Source of the DNA: Candidatus Thorarchaeota archaeon SMTZ1-45
Lineage (GTDB): Archaea; Asgardarchaeota; Thorarchaeia; Thorarchaeales; Thorarchaeaceae
Assembly (NCBI GenBank): GCA_001563335.1
Contig: LRSL01000117.1
Coordinates: 1 to 64,000, forward strand
DNA length: 64,000 nucleotides
Reading direction: 5' to 3'
Each line of letters opens with the position of its first letter. Position 1 is the stretch's first letter. Shown here piece by piece: positions 49,988-59,546 of the stretch. The notes beneath the pieces were generated by a model, which saw only the letters and a list, made by a program, of their open reading frames with translations, ran no database searches and was not told the origin of the DNA. Position numbers and translations under genes: made by a program.

Positions 49988-50742
49988 AAGAATGATAAAC
50001 CAAGAATTACCCAAGCGTTCTCTTTCATAATTAGTCTGCTTGTTTCAACATCGAGATCAATCATATTTAATGCTGCCATAAGATCCGGATATTGACTATG
50101 ATATCCTGAACCAAACACAAGTTTTCGCGCACCAAAATCCTGCAATACAGCATCAAGGAATACACGAAGTGGAGACTCAACGATTTTGAAGAATGTTGTT
50201 GATAATTCTAACCAAATGTTTGGACGCGACATTAGAGGGATAAGTTGTGGGAACCCAAATAGTCCCCCCATATTCAGAACAACAAACTTTCCCTCTTGAT
50301 GGAGGGTGGATATTCTATCAAGGAATGTTATAGTTTCACTAGTCATTATGTCATTATGGATGTATATTGGTAGGTCCTTCCTAACGGCTTCGTAAACAAG
50401 CGATTCAGCAGCGGGATCTTGAGGATGGTATGATTTCTCATCAAGCAAAAGAGCCTTACAGCCTTTGTCAATGAAGTCATGAAGTTTTTCTTTAGCTTGA
50501 TTTATTGGTCTAGGAATAATCGAACAAGCAGAGTACAAACGGTCTGGGTAGATTTCAGTAGCTTGCAAATATAGATCTGTGCTAATCTCTGGCTCGTGTG
50601 GTGCAAGTACTGCTTTGTCGATACCAAAAGTATCCATTCTCGAAACCAGTATATCTACATGCTCAATATAGTTGTCTAAGGTAATCTCTGTTACTTCTGT
50701 TCGACCTATGCCGAGATGTGTGTGAATATCGGTGGTCATCAA
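49984..50742 (-). CDS. Amidohydrolase_2-family TIM barrel with degenerate metal site
   Basis: DIHTH, GIDKAVL, LPIYIH, VVLNMGG, NIWLELS, KLVFGSGY, ENA. Confidence 0.78.
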   Translation of the reverse strand: MMTTDIHTHLGIGRTEVTEITLDNYIEHVDILVSRMDTFGIDKAVLAPHEPEISTDLYLQATEIYPDRLYSACSIIPRPINQAKEKLHDFIDKGCKALLLDEKSYHPQDPAAESLVYEAVRKDLPIYIHNDIMTSETITFLDRISTLHQEGKFVVLNMGGLFGFPQLIPLMSRPNIWLELSTTFFKIVESPLRVFLDAVLQDFGARKLVFGSGYHSQYPDLMAALNMIDLDVETSRLIMKENAWVILGLSFF

Positions 50743-50853
50743 ACATCATTGTCTGGGTTCACTAAATCGCTTTTCTATTGATTTGTTATGAATATCTGTC
50801 ACCAACAGCACCTCTAAATACCGAATTGAACAATCTTGTTCTAGCTGATTAAT

Positions 50854-51477
50854 GTGAGCGACAATGACATGCCAAAGAATTTGGAGAGAAGTCTTCGATA
50901 CATATCTCAGAGTATCAACAATGATCAGTTCATGCTCATGGAATATCTAGGTCCTGTGGTAGATGGTTGTAGAGCAGCTCTTAATGTCAGCATTGAGAAA
51001 GCTCGAGTCCTTCATAAAATCACAGAAGAGGAGTTTGAAGAGCATATTAATTCAGTATCAGACTCATTCAGGGATCTAACTATTTGTCTTAGGGCATCAG
51101 ATACTCAGGACGAATACTCAATCGTATTCAATAGAGGAAAAACAACTGTATATGACGAATGTGTTGAACCTGATGTTCTCATTATTGCTGATAATGAAAC
51201 GCTCATTTCAATTTGTGATAGTGATCCTAAGTTAGCACCAAATGAAGTTCTTGGGAATAGATTGAAGGTGTCTGGGAAGGACAATTTGAATATTGTTGAA
51301 GGTCTCGGTTTCCTTTGCTATCCATCTCTTCTTAGAGTCGCCAAATCTGGAGTGGATCCTTCTTCACTATTAAGCGAAGATGCTGATTCGGTAATAATGG
51401 CTGCAGCATCTGATTTAGTTGTGAAGATGATTAGAAAGTGGATTGATATTTCACTCTCAGAAATACACGATGCATAG
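50854..51477 (+). CDS. SCP2 (sterol-carrier/lipid-binding)-like domain protein
   Basis: YSIVFNRGKTTV...PDVLIIADNETL...RLKVSGK pattern. Confidence 0.6.
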   Translation: MSDNDMPKNLERSLRYISQSINNDQFMLMEYLGPVVDGCRAALNVSIEKARVLHKITEEEFEEHINSVSDSFRDLTICLRASDTQDEYSIVFNRGKTTVYDECVEPDVLIIADNETLISICDSDPKLAPNEVLGNRLKVSGKDNLNIVEGLGFLCYPSLLRVAKSGVDPSSLLSEDADSVIMAAASDLVVKMIRKWIDISLSEIHDA

Positions 51478-51480
51478 CTT

Positions 51481-52626
51481 CTATAGACCGTGATATGGAA
51501 ACACTAATTCTTTCACTCGACGAAGTGCTCTCTCGAGGTCCAAAACAATATCTTCTCTTGAGAAGTACATTTGAACAACTTCATTCTTATCTCGCATGAA
51601 TTCTGGTATGTCTTTGTAACCCATTTCGTTACATGTTTCTCTAAACTCGTCAGGCATTTTATTTGGTATATCCTCATCTAGCATAACAGCGAGAAACAGA
51701 GTCCAAAGACGTGCAACGTTGACTGGATGGTACCCACCTCCACCGACAGCAAGCCAACCAAGTTTACATATCTCAGTTGAGATTTCTCGAAGCTTTCCTA
51801 CTACTGTTTCATATCCATGTGAGGTGTATGTTAAATGTGCGAGAGGATCCAAATAATGTCCGTCAACCCCCATTTGGGTCACAAGAAGGTCTGGTTTGAA
51901 GGATTCAAAAAGTGGAACAACAACATCATCGAACACCCGTAATAGTTCTGGTGTTCCAGCTCCAGGAATCAAAGGGACATTCACAGAATAACCAATGCCC
52001 TCAGCAGCACCAGTTTCGTAGATAAATCCTGTTCCAGGAAAGAGTGTCTGTCCAGTTTGGTGTACAGAAATCGTCAGTACATCCTTAGACCTATAGAATG
52101 CATTTTGAACGCCATCACCATGATGCGCATCGAAGTCAAAATACAAAACCTTGCTATTTTGTTTCTTGTGGAGCATTTTGATTGCAATTACAATGTCATT
52201 ATATATACAAAAACCAGATGCTGCGTTTTTGTGTGCGTGATGAAGACCACCTGAGATGCAGAATGCATTAGATGCCCCATCCATTATTGCTCTAATTGCA
52301 TCAAGAGTAGCACCAACATATCTTGCACCTGTTTCATGTATTTGAGGAAAGATAGGATTGTCTGCTGTCCCAAGCCCATAATGAGGATAAGCGTTGTTGT
52401 TCGTCCCACTATCCACAACAGCATTAATGAATTCTGAAGAATGGAACAATTCAAGTTCCTCTCTTGAGGCAAAAGCTGGCTTTAGTTCTTTCACTTTATC
52501 TAGCAATCCAAGCTGTTGTGAAAGCAAATAAGTTAGTTTGAGCCTATCTGGTTTTAAGGGATGATCTCTTCTGAACTCGTATTCAAGAAGTGCGTTTGAA
52601 TAAGGATAGACAAGCTTACCTCTCAT
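51481..52626 (-). CDS. acuC: AcuC / histone-deacetylase-family Zn-dependent deacylase
   Basis: HPLKPDR, GGLHHA, SGFCIYND, DAHHGDG, SVHQ, FPGTG, GVDGH..DPL, GGGGY. Confidence 0.9.
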   Translation of the reverse strand: MRGKLVYPYSNALLEYEFRRDHPLKPDRLKLTYLLSQQLGLLDKVKELKPAFASREELELFHSSEFINAVVDSGTNNNAYPHYGLGTADNPIFPQIHETGARYVGATLDAIRAIMDGASNAFCISGGLHHAHKNAASGFCIYNDIVIAIKMLHKKQNSKVLYFDFDAHHGDGVQNAFYRSKDVLTISVHQTGQTLFPGTGFIYETGAAEGIGYSVNVPLIPGAGTPELLRVFDDVVVPLFESFKPDLLVTQMGVDGHYLDPLAHLTYTSHGYETVVGKLREISTEICKLGWLAVGGGGYHPVNVARLWTLFLAVMLDEDIPNKMPDEFRETCNEMGYKDIPEFMRDKNEVVQMYFSREDIVLDLERALRRVKELVFPYHGL

Positions 52627-52746
52627 CAATATCAATCCTTCAGCAGAACAATACATCATCCCTTCTAAGTCTGTGGTTGCGGAAATAAATTCCAAATTCT
52701 ATTTGTTTTCAAAGCTCTGGTCTTATACCTATTAGATGTCTGACAA

Positions 52747-54915
52747 TTAATCCAGGAATTTGGTCAACCCTCTGGAAAAGGTTGCCTTTGCTTCACTGAG
52801 AGGTATTACAAATTTTCCAAAATCTGCCACAGGATCTGATGTAGTTAGCCCCAGTTCACATGTTGAGATGCCATGTTTGTCAAGTAACTCAAGGAACTCT
52901 GGTTGTTTACTTTCCGTGACTTCCGCTAAATAACGAGAAGCGGTTTCTGAAAAAAGTGCCTGAGCTAAGCTGTTTACTGTGCCAGGAACGTAGTCCATAT
53001 TCAACTTAAACCCATATTCACTATCTACCACCATTTTCATTAGAGCAACAGCGACTCCTCCTCTACCAACATTATTGCAGGATCGTATGAAACCCCGTTC
53101 GTGAGCCTCAAGGATGACATTCATTGCTCGCTTCTCCCAATTAGGTTGATATTTCGGAGGTTCTCCTTTAACTTCACCAATGGTCAATCGTTGAAACTCA
53201 CTACCGTTCAATTCTGGTAGAGTTTCTCCAATTAGGAAGATATTTGCCCAGGGTGTGACAAGGTTTCGTTTAATAGGCGTGAAGCCGCGATTAAACATTC
53301 CTGCAATCATTATCTGAGGCGTTGGATTTATTCTCTTTATTTTTCCATCAATCTCAGATTCGTTATACAATGATACGTTGCCAGCTACGATTGGGAGGTC
53401 AAAGTCATTAGAGAATCTTCCAAGTCCTCTTAGAGCTTCCACAAACTGAGCGTAAGACTCAGGTCTTTCGGGATTGCCAAAATTAAGGCAGTTAGCAATG
53501 AATAATGGCTTTGCTCCCATTGATACAATATTTCTGAGTGACTCAGCAGCTGAATTTGCAGCACCTGTTTGAGGATCAAGCCTGCACCAGAATGAATTGC
53601 AATCACTTGTAAAAGCAAGAAGCCTTCCATTCGGGAACTCTAATACACCTGCATTTTGTCCCAAGTCCACGACAGTATTTGTTTGTACATGTTGGTCATA
53701 CTGACTGAACACCCATGAACGGTCACAAATATTGATTGATTCAAGCATGTTCAGTAGAGCTTTTTTATAATCTTCAGGCTCTTTGAACCAACTCAGAGAG
53801 TCAGTCTGAGCAGGTATTTTTCCTTCAACTCTTTCAGGAATTGGGAAACCATCCACTAGTAGACTGATCGGGAGTCGGGCAATCACCTCTCCTTGATACT
53901 TTGCAGTGTAATGACCATCATTGGTTACATTTCCAATTATTGCATAAGGTGTATCATTCTTTTCGAGTAATGTTATCACACGTTCCATATTTGAAGGAGA
54001 TATAATAGCAAGCATTCTTTCTTGAGACTCAGAGATAATAATCTCTGAGAGTTCCATATCCTTCTCCCTAAGTGGTATTTTTTCTAGATCTATTTCTACT
54101 CCCGTCCCTCCTGCTTTGGCGAGTTCTCCAGCAGCTGATACCAATCCTCCCCCACCAAAATCCTGTAGGCCATCTAGAAGTTCCTCTTCAATGAGTTCAG
54201 TCAGAGTATCAATCAAGACCTTCTTTGCTAGGGGGTCGCCAATCTGAATTGCACCACGACTTTCCCTAGTATCATCTGAAAGTGTTTCTGATGCAAAACT
54301 GACACCTCCTATACCGTCTGGTCCTGTTGTAGCACCAAACATTACGAGATTATGTCCTGGAGTTCTAGCACTGCTTCTAACAACTTTCTCTGGTCTCACA
54401 AATCCGATACATACCACATTAACCAAGCAATTTTCATCGTATGAGTCATCGAACTCGATTTCCCCACCAACAACTGGAATTCCAACACCATTCCCATAAT
54501 CGGATATTCCTCGAACTATGTTCTCAAGAAGATAGGCATTATGAGGTTTCTCTGGGTTTCCAAGCCGCAAACAGTTCATCAAACCCACTGCCTTGCATCC
54601 TTGTGAAATGACATCTCTTACAATTCCTCCAACACCAGTTGCTGCTCCGTTGTATGGATTAACCTGACTTGGATGATTGTGGGACTCCATAGCAACTCCA
54701 ACATAATATCCTCCTCCAATGTCTACAAGCCCTGCTCCTTCTCCAATGCCTAGAATGACATTTTCTCCAGAGGTTTTGAAAAGATAAAACCATCTTTTAC
54801 TACTCTTATAGCTACAATGTTCTGACCAAAGGACGTCGAGCATAGCAAGTTCTGTCTTGGAAAGCTCCCTACCCAAGACTTTCTTTGCATGCTGTAATTC
54901 ATCCTTTGTAATCAT
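52747..54915 (-). CDS. purL: FGAM synthase subunit PurL (small form)
   Basis: WSEHCSYKSS, ESHNHPS, GAATGVGGIVRD, QIGDP, QDFG, SESQERM, QYD, LNFGNP, GNVSLYN. Confidence 0.93.
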   Translation of the reverse strand: MITKDELQHAKKVLGRELSKTELAMLDVLWSEHCSYKSSKRWFYLFKTSGENVILGIGEGAGLVDIGGGYYVGVAMESHNHPSQVNPYNGAATGVGGIVRDVISQGCKAVGLMNCLRLGNPEKPHNAYLLENIVRGISDYGNGVGIPVVGGEIEFDDSYDENCLVNVVCIGFVRPEKVVRSSARTPGHNLVMFGATTGPDGIGGVSFASETLSDDTRESRGAIQIGDPLAKKVLIDTLTELIEEELLDGLQDFGGGGLVSAAGELAKAGGTGVEIDLEKIPLREKDMELSEIIISESQERMLAIISPSNMERVITLLEKNDTPYAIIGNVTNDGHYTAKYQGEVIARLPISLLVDGFPIPERVEGKIPAQTDSLSWFKEPEDYKKALLNMLESINICDRSWVFSQYDQHVQTNTVVDLGQNAGVLEFPNGRLLAFTSDCNSFWCRLDPQTGAANSAAESLRNIVSMGAKPLFIANCLNFGNPERPESYAQFVEALRGLGRFSNDFDLPIVAGNVSLYNESEIDGKIKRINPTPQIMIAGMFNRGFTPIKRNLVTPWANIFLIGETLPELNGSEFQRLTIGEVKGEPPKYQPNWEKRAMNVILEAHERGFIRSCNNVGRGGVAVALMKMVVDSEYGFKLNMDYVPGTVNSLAQALFSETASRYLAEVTESKQPEFLELLDKHGISTCELGLTTSDPVADFGKFVIPLSEAKATFSRGLTKFLD

Positions 54916-55604
54916 TTAGTAGCCCTCACAAAGTTATCCAAAATTTGTAGTCCATCAGAGGATCCTAAAACCGGTCTTGATGCTCTTTCAGGATATGGCA
55001 TCATTCCAAGAACGTTCCCCTTTTGATTTGTAATTCCTGCGATATTTTCAATTGATCCATTTGGATTAGCATCTGTTGTTATTTCACCTTGAGCATCACA
55101 ATATCTGAATGGAATTCGACCCTCATGGTTCAATGCATCAAGATGTTCATTTTGACAGTAATAATTGCCCTCAGCATGAGCTATAGGTACTCGTATAACT
55201 GCACCTTCTATATTCTCAATGAATACAGATGGACTTTCACTTACACGAACATAGACCCATTTACATACAAAACGGGCGGAGTAATTGGGTAGAAGTGCTC
55301 CTGGCAGGAGTCCTGTTTCGGTCAGTATTTGAAAGCCATTGGAGATTCCAATAACTGGTTTCCCATCTTCTGCAAGATCTCTAATACCTTCAGTTATGAC
55401 TTCCATTGACGCGACTGCTCCGGCTCTCAAATAATCCCCATAGGAAAAACCTCCAGGTATCACGATACCATCTGCGTCTTTTAATCCTGCAAGCCCTTTT
55501 CTACTCGGAACAAGGTAAGGTTTTGCCTCGGGAATCTGGTTGAGTGCTCGTAGAACATCGTTCTCACTGTTAGTTCCAGGAAACCTAATCACTGCGATTG
55601 ACAC
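54912..55604 (-). CDS. purQ: PurQ homolog lacking catalytic Cys and His
   Basis: FPGTN, PGGFSYGDYLRAG, GISNGFQIL, AHAEGNY, NPNGS, GMMPYPER. Confidence 0.9.
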   Translation of the reverse strand: MSIAVIRFPGTNSENDVLRALNQIPEAKPYLVPSRKGLAGLKDADGIVIPGGFSYGDYLRAGAVASMEVITEGIRDLAEDGKPVIGISNGFQILTETGLLPGALLPNYSARFVCKWVYVRVSESPSVFIENIEGAVIRVPIAHAEGNYYCQNEHLDALNHEGRIPFRYCDAQGEITTDANPNGSIENIAGITNQKGNVLGMMPYPERASRPVLGSSDGLQILDNFVRATK

Positions 55605-56569
55605 TATTTGAAATTCACCTCTTGCTTTTCGGATATTGGATTTGACAAGAGCTTGATGTTCATAATTTTGAGGTGATTAAGTACTTCAGACGTAATGGGT
55701 TTCCTAAGAAAGATATTGAATACTTTTCCCACTCTCACATCCTCAGCTTCTCCAAATCCTAGTCTAACTAATGCTCTCTTGGTTACCTCTCCTGGGGGAT
55801 TCCTGATTCCATCTTTGGGATTTACTAAGACTTGCACCATCTCTTTCCGAACATTTACTTCCTCTGGTTTGGTTTGGGTTATTACCTCGATGAGTTTCGA
55901 GTAAACCTCGAATATTCCTCCTTTCTCCTTTCCAAATACATCCCTATCTCTCGAATCTGAAGAAGTATCCCATATTCTCATTGTATCCCCTGATAGCTCA
56001 TCCGCCAAAACAATATGCCCATCTTTTGTATAACCAAACTCAAGCTTGAAGTCAACCAGCGTGAGACCCTGTTGCTTCAATAACGCAGTTAAGTAATAGT
56101 TCGTAGAATGGGTTACAGACTGCATGAATTGTAGAATCTCATTTTTCACAAGCCCCAGACTAGTAATTGCATTTTCTATAATCAAAGGATTATTCAGTTT
56201 GTCATCTTTTAAAAAGAATTCAATAATAGGTGATTCAAGAACTGTACCCTCTTCTACTCCATAACGGGTACAAAATGATCCTGCTGCAATGTTTCGGCAC
56301 ACGATCCCTATAGGAAATACATTCACTTTTCTACAGAGTAATCTAGGACCATCAAGCGCTTTCAAAAAGTGTGTGTCTATACCCTTGCCCTCAAGATATC
56401 CGAGAAGATATTCGGTCATCCTGCAAGCCAGATTCCCTTTCCCTTCAATCTCTTCTTGTCTCTTTCTATCTCCTCCCATTACAATATCTGTAAATTCGAT
56501 AATCACATTATCAGTTGATTTAGGGTCTTGGTAGATTCTCTTCACTTTTCCTTCATGAATAAGGTCCAT
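55604..56569 (-). CDS. purC: PurC (SAICAR synthetase)-PurS fusion with degenerate PurC site
   Basis: EGKVK, RNIAAGS, LVDFKLEFG, LADE, RIWD. The C-terminal ~80 aa are PurS-like (NPPG...LGF...VRVGK...LLSNPISE). Confidence 0.85.
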   Translation of the reverse strand: MDLIHEGKVKRIYQDPKSTDNVIIEFTDIVMGGDRKRQEEIEGKGNLACRMTEYLLGYLEGKGIDTHFLKALDGPRLLCRKVNVFPIGIVCRNIAAGSFCTRYGVEEGTVLESPIIEFFLKDDKLNNPLIIENAITSLGLVKNEILQFMQSVTHSTNYYLTALLKQQGLTLVDFKLEFGYTKDGHIVLADELSGDTMRIWDTSSDSRDRDVFGKEKGGIFEVYSKLIEVITQTKPEEVNVRKEMVQVLVNPKDGIRNPPGEVTKRALVRLGFGEAEDVRVGKVFNIFLRKPITSEVLNHLKIMNIKLLSNPISEKQEVNFK

Positions 56570-56617
56570 GATTTCCTCTCCTTGCTTTCTTTATGAGGGT
56601 TGGTGGACTAAATAACT

Positions 56618-57691
56618 TCATGTTGACACCTCATCAAGACACTTCTCTTCTGCTGCTGCCTTAATATCAAGCATACAAAGATCTAGCGGGCTTTGAATAT
56701 CAGCTTTGAACTTGAGGGACAGTCTTCTCATTTCAGGACTAGTTGGTCCGACACATGGTGCTCCTGGAACTCTTGGACTGAGATCAAAGACAACGAATTC
56801 TGATGATTCTGTAATTGCTCCTTGAAGGGAGAAGAGACCTATCATTTTTGGTGGAAAGTATTCCTTGATTCCTTTCAGCAGAAGCGCTGCAGTTTCATAT
56901 ACCAGCGGTTTCTTACTTTCTCTCATTGTGACTCCTTTGTGCCCAATCTCCTCATTTACCACAGCGATTTCGAGCTTCAGTTGCTCCTTGGCTGGTAGAT
57001 TGAGTAATCCCGAGAGATTAGTTTGGATTCGGTCATCAAAACCCACGAAATCAAAATCACCTAAAACATGAGCCATGCCATATGCTTGGAAATTTGCATT
57101 AAAGCGTGGTGCAATCACAAACTCTTCGATGGTTGCCTCCTCAAGATCCTCTTCTGAGATTATCCCAGCTTTGAGTAATTTCTTGCTCTCTATTTCATAG
57201 TCTGATTGTGAATTTGCGAAAAAGAAGGCTCGCTCAAGCTGATTGTTTTTTTGCTGAACTTTGATAATTGCCAAGCTATCAATCGAGTCCGGAGTGAATG
57301 ATTTTGGGGTCCTAATACCTGATTGTTTTAGAAGCCAGCATTGATCTTTTGGCTGGCCTCTATCTTCAACTCTTAGTACATGCCGATTTCCATATAGTGG
57401 AATTCGAAACTCGTTTTCAATTCCATCATATCCTACATAGACTGAGAACGATCTATTTGGAATCCAAAGTGTGTTTAATTCTTCTAACCTCTTTTGAATG
57501 TCCTCTTGAAGTATATCTTTGAAGCTTTCAAGTATAATGAACTCATCATAGAGATGTCTGTTGAATTGAGTATAGAGATGTTCTCTTCCTCTCTGGCAAA
57601 CTATGACTGTACGAAATCCATTTGCTTTTGCTGCCATACCAATTTCTTCAGCACTATGTGAACCAATCATTCCGATGATGGGTAGTTTCAT
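56618..57691 (-). CDS. PurP-like ATP-grasp protein (PNRSF subgroup)
   Basis: GSHSA, IPNRSF, YGNR, LERAFF, RIQTN, EIGH..TMRES, DLSPRVPG. Confidence 0.88.
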   Translation of the reverse strand: MKLPIIGMIGSHSAEEIGMAAKANGFRTVIVCQRGREHLYTQFNRHLYDEFIILESFKDILQEDIQKRLEELNTLWIPNRSFSVYVGYDGIENEFRIPLYGNRHVLRVEDRGQPKDQCWLLKQSGIRTPKSFTPDSIDSLAIIKVQQKNNQLERAFFFANSQSDYEIESKKLLKAGIISEEDLEEATIEEFVIAPRFNANFQAYGMAHVLGDFDFVGFDDRIQTNLSGLLNLPAKEQLKLEIAVVNEEIGHKGVTMRESKKPLVYETAALLLKGIKEYFPPKMIGLFSLQGAITESSEFVVFDLSPRVPGAPCVGPTSPEMRRLSLKFKADIQSPLDLCMLDIKAAAEEKCLDEVST

Positions 57692-57705
57692 CTATCTCAC
57701 CTCCA

Positions 57706-58659
57706 TTACTTCAATACTTCATCAAGTTGATTTTGTTCTATGAGCTCACGAATCTCTATCGCAATCCTCCTGCCCATCCAAACTGGCTCTCCATGTTGAA
57801 GATATGAATAGGGTGATGATGGAATCCAAACATTTGTACCTGCAACAATCCTTCCACTGAATTCAAAGGTGTAGATTTGTTGTTCTCTATCAATTACTGT
57901 TTCAATACAAAATGGTCCTGGTATCTTCTGATTGCATAGACGATGAAATGCTTCAACAAAGGCAACACCCATATCAAAATACTCAGCTAATATGGATTCT
58001 CTCAAGACAAGAGGCAAGTTACCAATCACAGTAAAAGTAGGTTCATCATTAAATCGTAGACTAGAGTCTATATCAGTTTCATATCTAATGTCTGCACTAA
58101 AAACCTCAGTTCTATTCCTAGTCAGTGAGTTGAAATAGGTAACGAAAACCTTTGTTCCAACTATATATTCTTGTAAAATATAATCCACTGATGGGTTCAT
58201 CTTCTCTTTAGCCCAATCAGTATTTTTTGCTACAAAATATCCTCTACCTCCTGCAGCGCCATGAGTCTTTGCGATTACAGGGCCATTTATTTCACCCAAT
58301 GATGAGTATTCCTTTGGAACAGTGAATCCAGCTTCCACCATTAGTTTAGATTTCAATTTTCGGTTTTCTTCCCATCTCAGGAGTTCTTTGTTACCAAATA
58401 ATCTCAAGTCTGAATTGAGTAACTTTTGAGCACCAATGTAGGTCACAAAAGAACCATGAGGAATTAATACTACATCCGAGAGGTCCATCTCCAAGATTTG
58501 CTCAAATGAATCGACTTCAACAATCGAGTCTTCCAAACCAAATGATTTGTAGAACGGAATGCGATTGGGACGACAATAAAGTTGGGTATGAAACCCTTCA
58601 GCTTTTGCCCCTGAAATAATGTTAAGAGCGCTATGACTAGCGATGGTTCCAATCTTCAT
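57706..58659 (-). CDS. purP: FAICAR synthetase PurP
   Basis: ASHSAL, GAKAEGF, PHGSF, GGRGYF, RYET, GNLPLVLRES, FEFSGRIVAGTN, MGRRIA. Confidence 0.9.
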   Translation of the reverse strand: MKIGTIASHSALNIISGAKAEGFHTQLYCRPNRIPFYKSFGLEDSIVEVDSFEQILEMDLSDVVLIPHGSFVTYIGAQKLLNSDLRLFGNKELLRWEENRKLKSKLMVEAGFTVPKEYSSLGEINGPVIAKTHGAAGGRGYFVAKNTDWAKEKMNPSVDYILQEYIVGTKVFVTYFNSLTRNRTEVFSADIRYETDIDSSLRFNDEPTFTVIGNLPLVLRESILAEYFDMGVAFVEAFHRLCNQKIPGPFCIETVIDREQQIYTFEFSGRIVAGTNVWIPSSPYSYLQHGEPVWMGRRIAIEIRELIEQNQLDEVLK

Positions 58660-58854
58660 TCCAAGAAATCCCTCTCACAGTGTCTGAAATTAGTTACTGT
58701 TCCTACTTCTTGAACCTTGTCACAGATTCTCTAAGCACACCAAGTACAACAAAAATCTCTTCACCAAGTCCATTACGAGCATGAACCTGTTCCTATTTTA
58801 CCTTGTTTTGTTATGTGCTCTTAGTTATGTATTTTTTCACAATTGCATTCTACA

Positions 58855-59412
58855 TCAGAAGAACTCTCGTAAAATGACACCAACAACGGTCCCAAGAAAT
58901 GTAGCCACTACCATCATGATAAAGTATACCATTGAGAGGGCTAATGCACTTAGGATGAAAGCATCAATTCCTAATTCTGGCACATACAAACCTGGAGAGG
59001 CAAGAAAAATGATAAAGAAAATCATGAAAAAGAAGGCTCCAATGACACTTGAGATTAGAGCTTTTCCAGCTTCAGCCGATGTTAGTCCAATGGGTATAGC
59101 AACAATTATTGGGATGAAAAACAAGTATGTGGCTGAACTCTCGAATCTTGCCGTGATTATAAATGAATATATTGTGGTGTCAATTAACCCAACTAATGCT
59201 GGAACTAATAACATTATCAAAAGGTCTTTCCTTCTTTCAGTCATTGATACTCCTAAAACCTTGACAATTGGTTGAGGTCTCCCATCTTTTTCGATATATT
59301 CTGGTTCTTCTCTAGTCGGAAGTGGTCTTAGAAACCCTTTCTTCTCTTCTGGTTCTTCTTCCTTTTCCGGAGCCTCAACTCTATACTTTTCCTCGTTTGC
59401 CATGAAGACCAC
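58855..59412 (-). CDS. Hypothetical 4-TM membrane protein
   Basis: Charged N-terminus followed by four hydrophobic helices. Confidence 0.75.
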   Translation of the reverse strand: MVFMANEEKYRVEAPEKEEEPEEKKGFLRPLPTREEPEYIEKDGRPQPIVKVLGVSMTERRKDLLIMLLVPALVGLIDTTIYSFIITARFESSATYLFFIPIIVAIPIGLTSAEAGKALISSVIGAFFFMIFFIIFLASPGLYVPELGIDAFILSALALSMVYFIMMVVATFLGTVVGVILREFF

Positions 59413-59546
59413 ACTGCTTTGCCAGAGAGTCTAGTCGCGGAATAAAGTCTTTGCATAACGCAACAAAACGAGATATTAAAATCGGAATGCAACCACAACT
59501 CCTATCTGTAGTTACATATACTCATCTTATAATCGGAGATACTGCG

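Noticed and set aside
51481-52626. Histone deacetylase as a eukaryotic signature protein
   Set aside because: AcuC-like deacylases are widespread in prokaryotes, and nothing here is unusual.
58781-59275. 164-aa plus-strand ORF
   Set aside because: Antisense shadow of the minus-strand membrane protein gene, with the K/N/I/T-rich composition typical of such shadows.
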